A stretch of 64,000 bases of DNA, taken from assembly GCA_036867785.1 (NCBI GenBank), contig CP145410.1, forward strand, positions 496,001-560,000. The letters are read 5' to 3'. The notes under the pieces are model-generated. The model was not told where the DNA came from. It worked only from the letters and a program-made list of their open reading frames with translations, and searched no databases. The position numbers and the translations under genes are program-made. Positions 47,057-58,095 of the stretch are shown here, one piece after another. This DNA is from Plasmodiophora brassicae. Its lineage: Eukaryota. Position 1 is the stretch's first letter; each line of letters starts with the position of its first letter.

Positions 47057-48010
47057 TCACGAAGGTGTACCTGGCAGCGGTGGCGGGGGCGGCGGGGGCG
47101 GTACAGCGCCCCTGCTCGGAGGAGGCGATACACTTGGCATTCCGATGGGTGGAGGAGGGGGCGGAGGGGTAACATGGTCGAAGGACAATCTTTGAGGTTC
47201 AGGTGGTTGAAACGCAGTCGCCACAGACGCCCGGTTTGTGTACTTTCTGCCTGACGCAGGTGTACGGGCGGCTGACGAGACGGCAGGTGGGGGACCTGGC
47301 ATCGATACTTGAGGTGGTGGGCCTGGGGCGGCAACCGCAGGAGGTTGACCGGGAGCCCCAACCATGGGCGGCTGGCCAGGAGCCGAAACCACAGGTGGTG
47401 GGCCCGGCGGCTGAACCGCCAATCCCGCTGAATCCATAAACGAAGGCTGGCGTAGAGACATCCTTTGCGCCGGTGCCTGGTCGGATGATGTGCTGGTTCC
47501 CGATATGCCGATATCGTCGAGCTGCGTATAGTCAGGGCGCCACCGATCGTGACGCTCCAGCGGGAGCAGTGAATCGTCGGCAATGCGAACGCGAAGCTTG
47601 CCGACCTTCTGGACGGGGCGCTGCTTTGTGGATTGCAGGCGTGGGCTTTGGAGCTGTCTGGCAGAGCGCACCCTGTTCTGCATCAGCTCGACCTGCTGGA
47701 CGAGGTCGTCGAGCGCGCGTTCGTGCAGGTCCAGGAATTCGGTCATTCGCATGGAGCAGTTCAGAACGTGGTCGGCAATGGCCTCGAGCGTCGTACGCGC
47801 ATATCCATGGGCGCTCTCGACGATCCGGGCGCGTTCGTCGCGAGGCGCGCGCTGCTCGAGGCTTCCGGCGTACGAGCTCAGCACGAACTGGCCGACCTGC
47901 GCCGAATACGACTCGTTCTGCAGCAGGTTCGCTAGGTCGGATCGGAACCTATCCGCGAATTCCCGCCCAGCCGCCAGGGCCACGGCCGCGTCCGACTCGG
48001 CGTCCGCCAT
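47057..48010 (-). CDS. ABI: Abl-interactor (ABI)-like WAVE complex subunit
   Basis: N-terminal helical YARTTLEAIADHV...FLDLHERALDDL, DYTQLDDIG motif and a polyproline C-terminus. No SH3. Confidence 0.75.
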   Translation of the reverse strand: MADAESDAAVALAAGREFADRFRSDLANLLQNESYSAQVGQFVLSSYAGSLEQRAPRDERARIVESAHGYARTTLEAIADHVLNCSMRMTEFLDLHERALDDLVQQVELMQNRVRSARQLQSPRLQSTKQRPVQKVGKLRVRIADDSLLPLERHDRWRPDYTQLDDIGISGTSTSSDQAPAQRMSLRQPSFMDSAGLAVQPPGPPPVVSAPGQPPMVGAPGQPPAVAAPGPPPQVSMPGPPPAVSSAARTPASGRKYTNRASVATAFQPPEPQRLSFDHVTPPPPPPPIGMPSVSPPPSRGAVPPPPPPPPLPGTPS

Positions 48011-48267
48011 TGGGGCCTTTGCACCTCACAGCGCTGCCCTCGGCTGGCTGAATGTGATGCCGACCTCTCACGGGACGTCGTCTGCTTGGGCTGTTGGCCA
48101 CCCTTGTTTCGTTTCAAACGCGGACTCGGCCGGACACGCTTCCCGAAAATAGAATTGCCCAAGTTGAACCGCTTCCGGATGGTAGAACCCCCGGCAACTG
48201 GGTTGACAGGCAGGATCCTCCGTTCCCACAACGTACACAGGCGTGTGTGTAGAGATTCGGTCGCGAA

Positions 48268-48627
48268 CTACAAGGTAACCATTTCGATTCGTTGAGCGGG
48301 TACCGGGACGCTGTGGAGCTGGATGCCGTTCATGTTGTCGATATGGTGTTCGGGTTCCTGGACGGCGGGCAGCACCTTTGGGGGAGTTGCCTTGGTCTTG
48401 GACCGCCGCATGACGCGGATGTGGATCGTCCCGACGACGAGCAACGCTAGCATCAGCGCAATCTGGACCGGCCAGAGCACCTGCGGGACGAACAGTGATG
48501 CGAACTCGACCAGTGCGGCTAGCAGACTCAGCCAGAAGTACGTCTTGACGAACCGGCTCCCGTCTTTGCAGTTGGACCCGGTGATGACGGCGACGATGAC
48601 AGCGACGGCCAGGATCCGTTCGTCCAT
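48268..48627 (-). CDS. Small hypothetical membrane protein (about three TM segments)
   Basis: From the ATG at 48627 there are three hydrophobic stretches. It may have further upstream sequence. Confidence 0.4.
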   Translation of the reverse strand: MDERILAVAVIVAVITGSNCKDGSRFVKTYFWLSLLAALVEFASLFVPQVLWPVQIALMLALLVVGTIHIRVMRRSKTKATPPKVLPAVQEPEHHIDNMNGIQLHSVPVPAQRIEMVTL

Positions 48628-49017
48628 TGTTGCTGACCGGCCCGAGTCGTCGCGGGCGAACGTTCGGAGTTCGGACACCCCCGGCGTCCCGCCCGAGCGG
48701 TTCCACTTCCGAACCGCTCTGCTGAAGTTCATCAGTACAGGCTTCGCTGGTGCTCGCAACGAACTCGGGTCGTACGTCGCCTCGGTACAGGAACTCGTGT
48801 AGGGCGTAGCACGCCATCGTTCCATTCGGCACACCTGCCCATTGTCAAGGCATCGTTGTGCGCAGTACAGGTTGACGACACAGGGACTGCCGTCGCCGTA
48901 GTCAACAACGACAGCGACGGGGGGCGCACGAAGCGCAAACTACTGAGCGACATCGCCCATCTGCTGCGGATTGCGGGCGGCGCAGTCGCGGCATGACCGA
49001 TTATTGACGTCTCGTCC

Positions 49018-50111
49018 ATGGATCCTCCGTCGTCGCGGACCGTCGTGGATGGCATCGCCGTTGACGAATACGCTGTCGCCCCGTCGCCGCTCCGCCAGTC
49101 AGCGTCCGGATCGTCGTCCTCGCTGCTGCCGCAGTTGCGGCCCGCTGATCTGCCGATGACGAAAGGGCGGCCGCCGCTGATCCAATGCGACACCTGCCTG
49201 AAGTGGCGCGTCGTCGATGGGCCCGTTGAGGGCCTGCCCTCCACCTGGTCCTGCGGCGACTGCGCTGTCGGCGAAGACGACTGGGCGATCAAGGCGTCCG
49301 CCATCGTCGGGTTCGATCGACTCGACCCGATTCCATCCAAGCCTCTTGTCGTCCACATTAACCGAGCCAGCGGTACGGCCGCCAGGCGCTCCCCGAATGA
49401 TGCATGGACTGACTGCAGGGGCAATCATCAGGTACTGTCGTGGGTTCATCGGCACGGGGAGGCCGGCCTGCGGGCGCGACGGAATCGGGATGGCAGGTTC
49501 CAGAGGCGTTTCTCGGCACCGCTGAACGGCAGGCCTGGTACGAGCAGCTGGAACGCGCGTTCAACGACAAAGGCAAACTGCCCAGGTCGTTTCCGCGTTG
49601 CGGCAATGCCGATGGTAATGGCATTGCTCTGCTGGTTCGTTGTCCAGTACTGATGTCTGGTCCAGTGGATCTATACGGGCTGAACGAGGAAGTGGAGAAG
49701 CTCGGCGGCGTGCAGAAGGTGACTGCTGACAAACTGTGGGGGAGTGTCGCGAAAGCTTTGGGCATGGATGTCCCACCTTACAAACTTCGATCCTTGTTTG
49801 AACGGGTTCTTGGGGTCCTGCACGAAGATGCCATCGAAGCGCAACGGCAACAGGCGAATGGGGAACGGCTAGCTAGGAAAAGACCAAGAACGGAGGCGCC
49901 GGTCACCCTAGAACGATTGCAAGATCTGGTCATGGACATTAACGATCGTTTGTCGGCTGTGGAAGCGTTTATGGCTCGGGTCGACGTCCTCAACGACCTG
50001 CGCGCACGCATCGAGTCGTTGTCAAGGACGATTCACGACCAGACAGCTGTCATGAACGAGCTCGTGCCGGAGCTCGAGGACGCGCCGCTCGCATCGCTTC
50101 AGTTTTCCTAA
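49018..50111 (+). CDS. CW zinc-finger plus ARID DNA-binding domain protein
   Basis: IQCDTCLKWR...LPSTWSC (zf-CW); VDLYGLNEEVEKLGGVQKVTADKLWGSVAKALG (ARID); C-terminal coiled coil. Introns near 49373-49431 and 49616-49666. Confidence 0.8.
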
Positions 50112-50168
50112 CAAAGAGATCGCATGGGCGGCTCAAATCACTAAACCTATTGCCAGCCAGATCAGGGG

Positions 50169-50663
50169 TCATTTAATGTATATGTCGGCCTTGGCCAGCT
50201 GTAGGGCAAGTTCCCCATTGGAATATGCTTCCAGCAGATCCGACGACCCGCCAATGCTCTGCCCAGCGATGAAGATATTGGGGACCGTCGATTGTGTTGT
50301 CATCTCGAACAGCGTGTCCTGGATCTCGTTCCCGTTCGCGTGCTGGTTCAGCTCAACCGCCGTATAAGGGATATTCAGCTGCCCAAGCATAGACTTCGCA
50401 CGTGCACAATACCTGTGTGGCTCTCGTTGAAACAACCAGGAGAAAGTTCTACATTGCCAGCTCGCTTACCCGCACGTCGTCTTGCTGAAAACAACCACTT
50501 TGTTACGCGAGATCGTATCCTCGATGAACGCGCGAGCAGGGGGCGCGGCTAACGCACACCTCGATTAGAAAGGGCATGCGGGTCTGCGTTCTTCGAACGA
50601 TCATATGTGCCCACCATCGGCGGAGAACGGGCGACGGCCACCCCAGAGCAGGACCCGCAGCAT
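50169..50663 (-). CDS. Dithiol glutaredoxin with a putative mitochondrial presequence
   Basis: Spliced MLRVLLWGGRRPFSAD|A...VVVFSKTTCG|YCARAK...TVPNIFIAGQSIGGS. The CGYC active site is split by an intron. Confidence 0.88.
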
Positions 50664-50758
50664 GATCCCGGCCCTGAGCAACACGCGCGGCGTCCGCACC
50701 GGCGACACGACTGACGCAAACCGCAAGCCGCTGCGGAACGGGAGATGGCAACATTGGT

Positions 50759-51079
50759 TTATCGCAACAAGTCATTAGACGGTCCATCGTGCCTGTCGAA
50801 GTCGTTGTTATCCGTGGACTTCCTCGCTGTTGCGAATGATAAATCAGGCGACGAACGGAATTGCATAAGGAACGCGACGAATACAGCTGCGATGAGGATT
50901 GCGAGGAGCGTCGGGTTCGACATATCTGAGGACGTGGCCCTCGCTGGAAAGAGTGACGCCGACGACGCATGCGATACGCCGTTGACAACGAGGTCGTGCG
51001 ACTCTACGTTGCCAACGATTTGCTCGCTGCGGAGGGCGCTCGCAACCATACCCAGGATGCAACTGCAGAACTGATCCAT
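50759..51079 (-). CDS. Small single-pass membrane protein (SMIM14-like?)
   Basis: MDQFCSCI N-terminus, one TM segment (LLAILIAAVFVAFLMQF) and an acidic tail. Weak resemblance only. Confidence 0.35.
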   Translation of the reverse strand: MDQFCSCILGMVASALRSEQIVGNVESHDLVVNGVSHASSASLFPARATSSDMSNPTLLAILIAAVFVAFLMQFRSSPDLSFATARKSTDNNDFDRHDGPSNDLLR

Positions 51080-51330
51080 TACGACAGTGATGATTGTCCT
51101 ACAGGGCTGGACTAGGTAGCGGGCAAGCGCGCACAGTCGGGGCGTGAATCACGCCGTTAGGAGGGAGAATCGGTCAGTGAGTCAACAAGTGCGCGTGGTT
51201 CCAGACACTACTTAGGTCTAGCAGGGTCCCCCGTGCCGATACCGGTGCCCAGAGTTTCGAGAAGATTCGCGGCGCTTGCATGCGACGAATCTGATCGCGA
51301 TCGTACCTGTCCATAGAGGCAGCGGATCAA

Positions 51331-51903
51331 ATGACATCGCGGGATGTAACTGTGGACCTGGAGCGGATTGTTGCCAGCCTGCGCGCAGAGCAATGGGCGC
51401 TGCGCGAAATGACAGAGAATGCAACACCGTTCGAACTCAGCTACTTGATTCGCCATCACTGGCGACCAAGGTCGGCACCAGCCTATGCGGTTGAAGGGAC
51501 CCTATTACAGCAGGGAGAGAGGCTCAAGCGGATCGTCGACAAAGACGGTCCTCGTTGGCAAGCGCCCGTCCAGGTGCCGCCTTTGCGGGTCCAGGGAGTG
51601 GCAATCGGCATCTATCCTGATGGGTCTTCACGACGGCCGAAGAGGTCTCCTCAGTGCGATGCATCAGATGTGGACTTGGTAAAGAAGAAGCGAGGTTTGA
51701 TCGACGTGGATGCTGCCCTGTTCAACTTGTACAACCTGAGACGAATTCAAAGCGAGTGTAAAGCAATAGAACAGCAGCGGACCGCGCCGCTGAACGTGGC
51801 TGCGACCAGCGTGACGGAAGCGGCCCTCCGTCTGCTACGAAAGCAACAGGCGTTGATCGAGAAGGCATTGTCCCGACGGCAACAACACAAGGACTCGGCA
51901 TAA
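51331..51903 (+). CDS. Hypothetical protein (190 aa)
   Basis: ATG-started ORF converging on RPN6, with a helical C-terminus. Confidence 0.5.
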   Translation: MTSRDVTVDLERIVASLRAEQWALREMTENATPFELSYLIRHHWRPRSAPAYAVEGTLLQQGERLKRIVDKDGPRWQAPVQVPPLRVQGVAIGIYPDGSSRRPKRSPQCDASDVDLVKKKRGLIDVDAALFNLYNLRRIQSECKAIEQQRTAPLNVAATSVTEAALRLLRKQQALIEKALSRRQQHKDSA

Positions 51904-51939
51904 AGACGGTGTATTTCAGGTACCAATGAGCGTGTCGCG

Positions 51940-53755
51940 TCAGCTTGAGTGGTGTGGAGATAGCCGCCGCGCTTTCTCGTATAGACGATCCGTGACCACG
52001 TTGAGCTCCTTGATCGTTTGGATGGCAGATTCATAGGCCTTGTCAACCACTGCAGAATCATACACGATCACGTTGCCGGCGCCTTGATCTAGGATGCCAT
52101 TAAACGACCCGTCGAGGATCATCTCGCTTAACTTAGCTGCACACCAAGAATCAGTCCCTTTTCACAGCATGGCCGAAACGCAGCATACCTTGAACGCGCT
52201 CGATCGGGAGGTCGATAAGCTTTGCAACGTGGGCAATTTGAACGACAGAAAACGGGTCAAGAATGCGGATCAAATTCTGGACATTGCGTAAACTCGCGTT
52301 TGAGAGACAGGCACACCATTTGCGGCTAACCTGTTCCAACAATTTCTCGTACAGTCCGTTGATATGCGACGCAATGATGGAGTCACCAGTTAGCTGAGGA
52401 GCATACTTGGTCAACATTTCCTGGAACATCTTCAAGGATCGCTTCTTGTGGGCCTCTGCGACTGATCGAAGCGCCTCAATTTCGACCCCGGCATACTTCA
52501 CACCGGATTTGCCGTGAATGATCGAGTACCTATTCAGCGAGTCATGATGCGAATACATTAACCAAAGTGTTGCAATACGCACACGTCGCCGGTCTCGCCA
52601 GTCATGATCTTCGACAGAAGCATGTACTTGAGGATGATAACCGCATTCTTTGGGTCGTTGACAGTGTTATATGATTCGAAGGCCTCGTAGAAGTATGAAA
52701 ACCTGGTACTATGTCAGAGCGAGTACGACACTCGACTCGATTGAGTTACGCCGTCTTGAAGTCGCTTTCCTCTGAGCAGATGATACCGGCTTGCCGGTCA
52801 ATCTCCGCCTATCCATGACGGTTAGGCACAATTGTTATGACTTTCACCATACATTCAAGCTGACCTGTAAAACTGGAGGACAATAAATGGCATTCGATGC
52901 CGCTCGGGCAGACGTTAAAGCAGCTTTCGCCTTCGGAATATTCTCAAGAGCGTGGTGGATACGGCTTTCGACGAGCAGAATCTCGACAAGCAGTAGCTTG
53001 TCGTCAAGTTTCTTAACCTGCGACGCGCATGAGGTTAGCCACCAACGGGGCGTTCCGAATGAAGACTCCGTTCTCACTTCGACAACTAGCGAATCGATTA
53101 TCGCTAGGGCCTCCTTGTATTTTCGAAGAGCCAACAGGTACGACGCGTATCGTGACTCTAAACGCTGACGCAGCATCGTACGTTTTTCAGCCTTGCACCA
53201 TTCAATTGCCTCAACACATATCTGGGTCGGGTGTGTCAGAAATTCTATCGCACGCCCAAAACATTGGTGTGCTTCGTACGTCGGCTTGAAGGGCGGTACA
53301 TTCCGGGATCTCCCCAATGGAGTCGATAATCTTCCTCACTGAGAGCAGGATTAATGACAGCATTTACTCAAAACCCAAACACGCCTTACCGATCTTTGCG
53401 GTCTTGGCTTTCGTGGTCGAATCGAAGAAGTTTCGAAGCTGTTTGATGAGCTGCCGCAATTCATCCGCCTTTCGCAATGCAACGAGGCATTCACAGAGTC
53501 GGTAGATAGACAACTCCCTTACTTTGACATCGTCATTCAGCTCGCCTTCTACAAACGAAACGCCATTAAGCGCTGGCATCCGCCCATCACCACCGCGTTC
53601 GCCCCACCTGCAAATATGATCGTCCGGAACTTGGCAGCCGCTGCCTTCGGGTCGGCCTTCATCTGCGCGATGCCATCTGCGTACGTGAGATGCTCGACGG
53701 ATTCCTCCTCCATGGCATCGTCGCCCGCGGCCGGGCGGTTCTTGTCGACGGCCAT
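51940..53755 (-). CDS. PSMD11: 26S proteasome lid subunit RPN6
   Basis: [54 protein letters not shown] and PCI domain [16 protein letters not shown]. Multi-exon. Confidence 0.95.
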
Positions 53756-53891
53756 TACACACAGCGATAGTCCCGCCCAAAAACTGATGTCGCCGGGTTG
53801 GCCAACGCACCTCGAACTTTTCCGCAGGTCACGGTACCGTACACATTGCCCAGCCAGGGCGTGTACCGTGCACAGATAGAATGGTGATTCA

Positions 53892-54170
53892 ATGCCCGGA
53901 AGCCAGTGGCGGTTTGACTGTAGTAGTGAGTCATCGTCGATATTATTGGGGCAGACAGGCAGGGTTGCAGGTGGGCATCAGCGTTGTGACGTCGGGACAG
54001 GTCTGTCCCATTCGCCAAATGCTTCGTCGATGAGCGTGTTGCAGGAATTCCGACGTTGGGCGTGCTGTATAGCATGTTTCACGATCTGTATCAAGATATG
54101 CTGTTGCTGCTGTTGGTGCGACGATAACGACGACGGCAAAGGCACCAGGGCGGACGCGTACAACCACTAA
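53892..54170 (+). CDS. Small cysteine-string/CYSTM-like protein
   Basis: The ORF ends EFRRWACCIACFTICIKICCCCCWCDDNDDGKGTRADAYNH. The 5' structure is uncertain. Confidence 0.4.
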   Translation: MPGSQWRFDCSSESSSILLGQTGRVAGGHQRCDVGTGLSHSPNASSMSVLQEFRRWACCIACFTICIKICCCCCWCDDNDDGKGTRADAYNH

Positions 54171-54203
54171 AACAGACGTCTAGTTTGTACATTACCCCAA
54201 CGT

Positions 54204-54416
54204 CTAGACATTAAACCCCTCCTTGCGCAGGCACGCCAGATGCGTCCGGATCACCTCCTGGCACGCGTCTTCGCCGTTCTCCAGCACGCACCGATCCCGC
54301 GCCTCCCTGGTCTCCGGGCACGCACAGCATATCCTCTTGCCGGCCGCGTTCGTCGTTGGACAGGGCGTCTTGCTCGACTCTGGCGCCGCCGTCGCGCCTG
54401 GCGCCTCCGTCGTCAT
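54204..54416 (-). CDS. COX17: Cytochrome c oxidase copper chaperone
   Basis: KRICCACPETREARDRC...C...H..CLRKEGF, a twin CX9C pattern. Confidence 0.95.
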   Translation of the reverse strand: MTTEAPGATAAPESSKTPCPTTNAAGKRICCACPETREARDRCVLENGEDACQEVIRTHLACLRKEGFNV

Positions 54417-54613
54417 TGCAGTTTCAGTTTGCCCCGCGCAGTGCAATCGTCACTGGTCACCAACGGCGGGTCCCCCGAGCGAAAACCCCGACAGGAAGAA
54501 CCGGCGCTCTGCCGCTCAAGTGCGGTAACGCGATTGCGAATCCCCGGTCCGGGGCACTGGGCGGGACCGCTGTCTGGGGCGGTCGACTGTAGTTGGCCAG
54601 TGCTGCCACCATC

Positions 54614-55098
54614 ATGGACCTCATTTCGCAGATCCAGAGCTTCGTGCGCACGCTGGCCTCGTCGCTGGCCCACACGGTCGAGTATTTCCAGGCGCAGTCG
54701 CCGAGCGTGCCGGCCGACTACCGCGAGTTCGACACCGACGCGCTGCGGGACCGTGCGGATAACTTGTTCAAACTGTTTGCTGACAGTAGGCTGTCTGCGT
54801 GCTATCGATGTCCCGGCGTGATCTGACGTTCGTGGTTCTCCTCGTACAGCCGATACGCTGATGGCATCGTTGCCTGCAGAGTTCCCGTCCGAAGACGAGC
54901 AAATCCGACTCATTGCAGAGCTTAGTGAGGAGAACGATAAGCTTGGTGTCGAGCTAGAGCAGGCCTTAGCGTCGTCTGGTGAGAATGGCACGCTACTGGA
55001 TATCGTGACAATAACACGTATCGATAGAGACGTGGCGCCAACGACTGTCGACAGTTCTGGAAGACGTGGCCGAGCAACAATTCAAGACATATACATAA
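54614..55098 (+). CDS. MED21: Mediator subunit 21
   Basis: MDLISQIQ..., DTLMASLP...SEDEQIRLIAELSEEN and last exon ETWRQRLSTVLEDVAEQQFKTYT*. Two introns. Confidence 0.85.
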
Positions 55099-55164
55099 CG
55101 GCTGTAGCAACTGCGTTTCGACATCCCTGAAAGCGTTTATATCTCGTTATGGGTTTCGGCGTTA

Positions 55165-56216
55165 TTACCGACAACTCGAGGTGGCTAGTAGGCTTGCCTT
55201 GCGCTTCCTCATCGCTGTCAGTGCCAGGAGACGGAACGCTGACAAGAACGTGGCAAGGGGACCTGTCGTCCAGGTCCGCCAGCTCTTTAGGGCGGCCGTG
55301 CTGAATGGCGCCAAATGGAATGCGCGATTGATGAGCGTTTCCAAAGCCGAGGGCCGGCCTGGCTGCTGCGCTATGTTCCTCTGCATCCATATCGCCAAGT
55401 CGGCGAGCGTCAGGTCGCCATCGGCAACTGCGACTTGGACGAACGTTGAGCATATCACATAGGTAAGTACACATTCAGGAGCGATGCCCAAGGTGACCAA
55501 CGTGCTGACGTCCGCTATGGGATCCAGGGCTGCCACGTATGCTCGAGTGTCCTTGCTGAACGGGATCCTCGCCTGTCGCCAGCTCGACCAGCAGAAGAAG
55601 GCGTCGCTGAGTTGTGCCCAGCTCGGCATCGAGAACCCATGGTCGATCGGCGCCAGGCTGACTTTGAGCTTCGATGCGCCCGGTGGTCGCCGTTCAACAA
55701 GAAGGTTGCCCTCGTGACGATCGAGGTTGAAGATGCGACAGTCCAGCAGCCCGATGCTGTGCACTTGCTCGACGTCGAACACTGTCGATCCACAGTCCTC
55801 CGCCGTGCAATCGTACCGAACGTATTCGCTTAGGGCGCCAAGCTCCCTGACCTGCCCGCTCCCGTTCGTCACTTGCATGACGCCGACGACAAGGTCGACC
55901 CGAGGCACGCCAGCCCGACGACAGTGGTCCACGAGGTATGCCGCACGCTCCTTGAGCACCGCATCTGGATCCACATGAATACTCTAGTGACGACGACGAC
56001 TATGGGCTTACCGCCGACGACGATGCCGTGCTTCACAGCGGATGGCTGCCCGATTTCCGTTCGCTGCTGAACGCCTTCCTCCGATGCCGGTTTGAAGATG
56101 TATTCAGTGGGCGCGCTTTCCGGCGTCGATTTCAGGTTCGCAAGATAGACGCCAGATAGCCCTTCGCGCCCATTGGATAGGCGTCGGGCTCGCAGCTCGA
56201 CGACCGGCGTCGTCAT
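55165..56216 (-). CDS. Type II phosphatidylinositol 4-kinase (plant PI4K-gamma-like)
   Basis: GLSGVY...IFKPASEE, ERAAYLVDH, LDCRIFNLDRHEGN and PIDHGFSMP. One intron near 55970-56030. Confidence 0.88.
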
Positions 56217-56326
56217 ATGTCGTACGCCGGCGCCCGTTGACGCTTATGACGGTGCGGCGGGAGATAATCGTTATGCCCCCACTGGTACGGCGCTGTCAAA
56301 CCCATCGCCACCAGGGGCGACGTTTA

Positions 56327-57984
56327 TTAGAGCTCGTTCAGCGACCGGCGAACATTGTCGAAGATCTCGTCGGTCAGGGTGGCGACGTTGTCCGCGACGA
56401 CAGTGCTGTACAGGGCAGACAGGAACACGCCGTTGCGTTCTATATGATGGAATATGTGCTCCCCGCCCGCCATCGTCAGCTGGGCTACGCCGTTCTTCCC
56501 ATGCACCTCCCTGTCGAACGTGTTAGGTCGACATCCGTCTGGGCGAGCGTATGACAATTGGTACTGTGCTGTGGCGAAGAACCAGTGGAACGCTTTCGCC
56601 ATGGTCTCGTTCTGGTTGTTCTCGAGTCGGAATGCGGGCGCGACGACTTTCCCTTTCTGTGAATCGTAGTACAGGAAGGCGAGCGTGTCGAGGCCTGAGT
56701 ACGATGTCAGCGAGACGTGGATTGAGAACGTGATGACGGCCAGGGTGGGACCGGTGTAATTTCGCAGAAGGATGGGCATGTTGTCCTTGGGCAGATGGTA
56801 GACTTCGTCTTCGAGGCTGACTTCGAAGTTCTCGATGTACGGAACGAGCTCGCTGAACGCGGACACGATGTGTGTGAAGACGCACAGCACCATGTTGTTG
56901 ATGCGGAGCAAGACCTGTTGTATGGCCACGTTCAGCCATGGTGTACCCCGTCTGACACAAGCCGATGTACCATGTTCTGGGCCCGGCCGTCGACGTACAC
57001 CGGGATGCATCGTATGACGCTGTTATTCATGGGCCTGGCTGCGATCTGGCGACGTCCCCGACGTCAGACCCCGAGGCGGTGTGTGAGCACCCAGTGCCAA
57101 CCGACGTGCTGTAGCAGCATCTTTGTCTGGTGCACATCCGATCGCCTGTGCATAACCGCATCGCCGATAACCAGTGCCGACCCGTAGACGTTGTGGTTTT
57201 CTTCCAGACTCGACAGGAGCCTGGTCGAAGGTCAGTCGCCGTGTTATTATGAGGTGCTATCGTCGCGGGACAGACCGATCCAAGACGGCGGTCGCTCTCG
57301 AATTCAACGGGATACAGGGGACGCCGTTGACGAACAGGGCCAGCTCGTTCTGGCGCTTGAGCACGTCGCGCACGATGTCGGCAATGCTCTCGAAGATGGT
57401 CGTATCCTGCGAGACGGAGTCGAACTTGCCAATGTAGAAGACGATCGTGTCCCGAACGGCGTCGATGGCCATTCGCAACGACTATGGTCTACGCGTGAGC
57501 GCGGTCGGGGCAACGCCGTGCTCCTAGACGGTACGAACCGAAGGTGGCACACCTCGTGCGCCTTGAGCGATCAGCAGGAAAGTCCCCATGTCGTAGAACT
57601 GGAAGTACAGGTCACCAAGGACGAGTTCGGTGACGATGTTCTCGTCGTGACCAGCGTCGCTCTAGTCCTGGGTCATCCTCTGGGCAATGTCCCGACTTAT
57701 CGTACGAACCTTGGCAGCACCCGGCTGTCCCGGTTCGCTGTTGGTATTGGCGGCCTCGCGCCTGGCGTTCTCTGCCTCCTTGTTCCGATGAGTGAAGGAG
57801 AACAGGGTAGATGACGCCGCCTTCAGCCCTTGCATGAACTCGAAGCCCAGCGGCCGGCCGTTGTCTAGTCGGCAGCGGTCACGTTAGACCCACAATGCGG
57901 CTACGTGGGATGTGTGCTGCCATTACAGCTGGCACTGAACAGGCATTTGCCTGTGCGATGGTACACGAAGAAGTTGTCGAGCAT
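56327..57984 (-). CDS. FUZ/MON1/HPS1-family tri-longin protein (Fuzzy-like)
   Basis: Spliced MLDNFFVYHRTGKCLFSAS|YNGRPLGFEFMQGL...AIDAVRDTIVFYIG (longin 1), GSALVIGDAV...IRCIPVYVDG (longin 2) and AFLYYD... (longin 3). Confidence 0.55.
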
Positions 57985-58095
57985 TAGCGCCACCTGCTTC
58001 GAACCTATAATGGCATGTGTACGCTCAGCGATCGCCGACCGTTAGAGCGGCCGTTGCCCCAAGCAGGCTGAGCGCGATTTTATTGACCACACATC

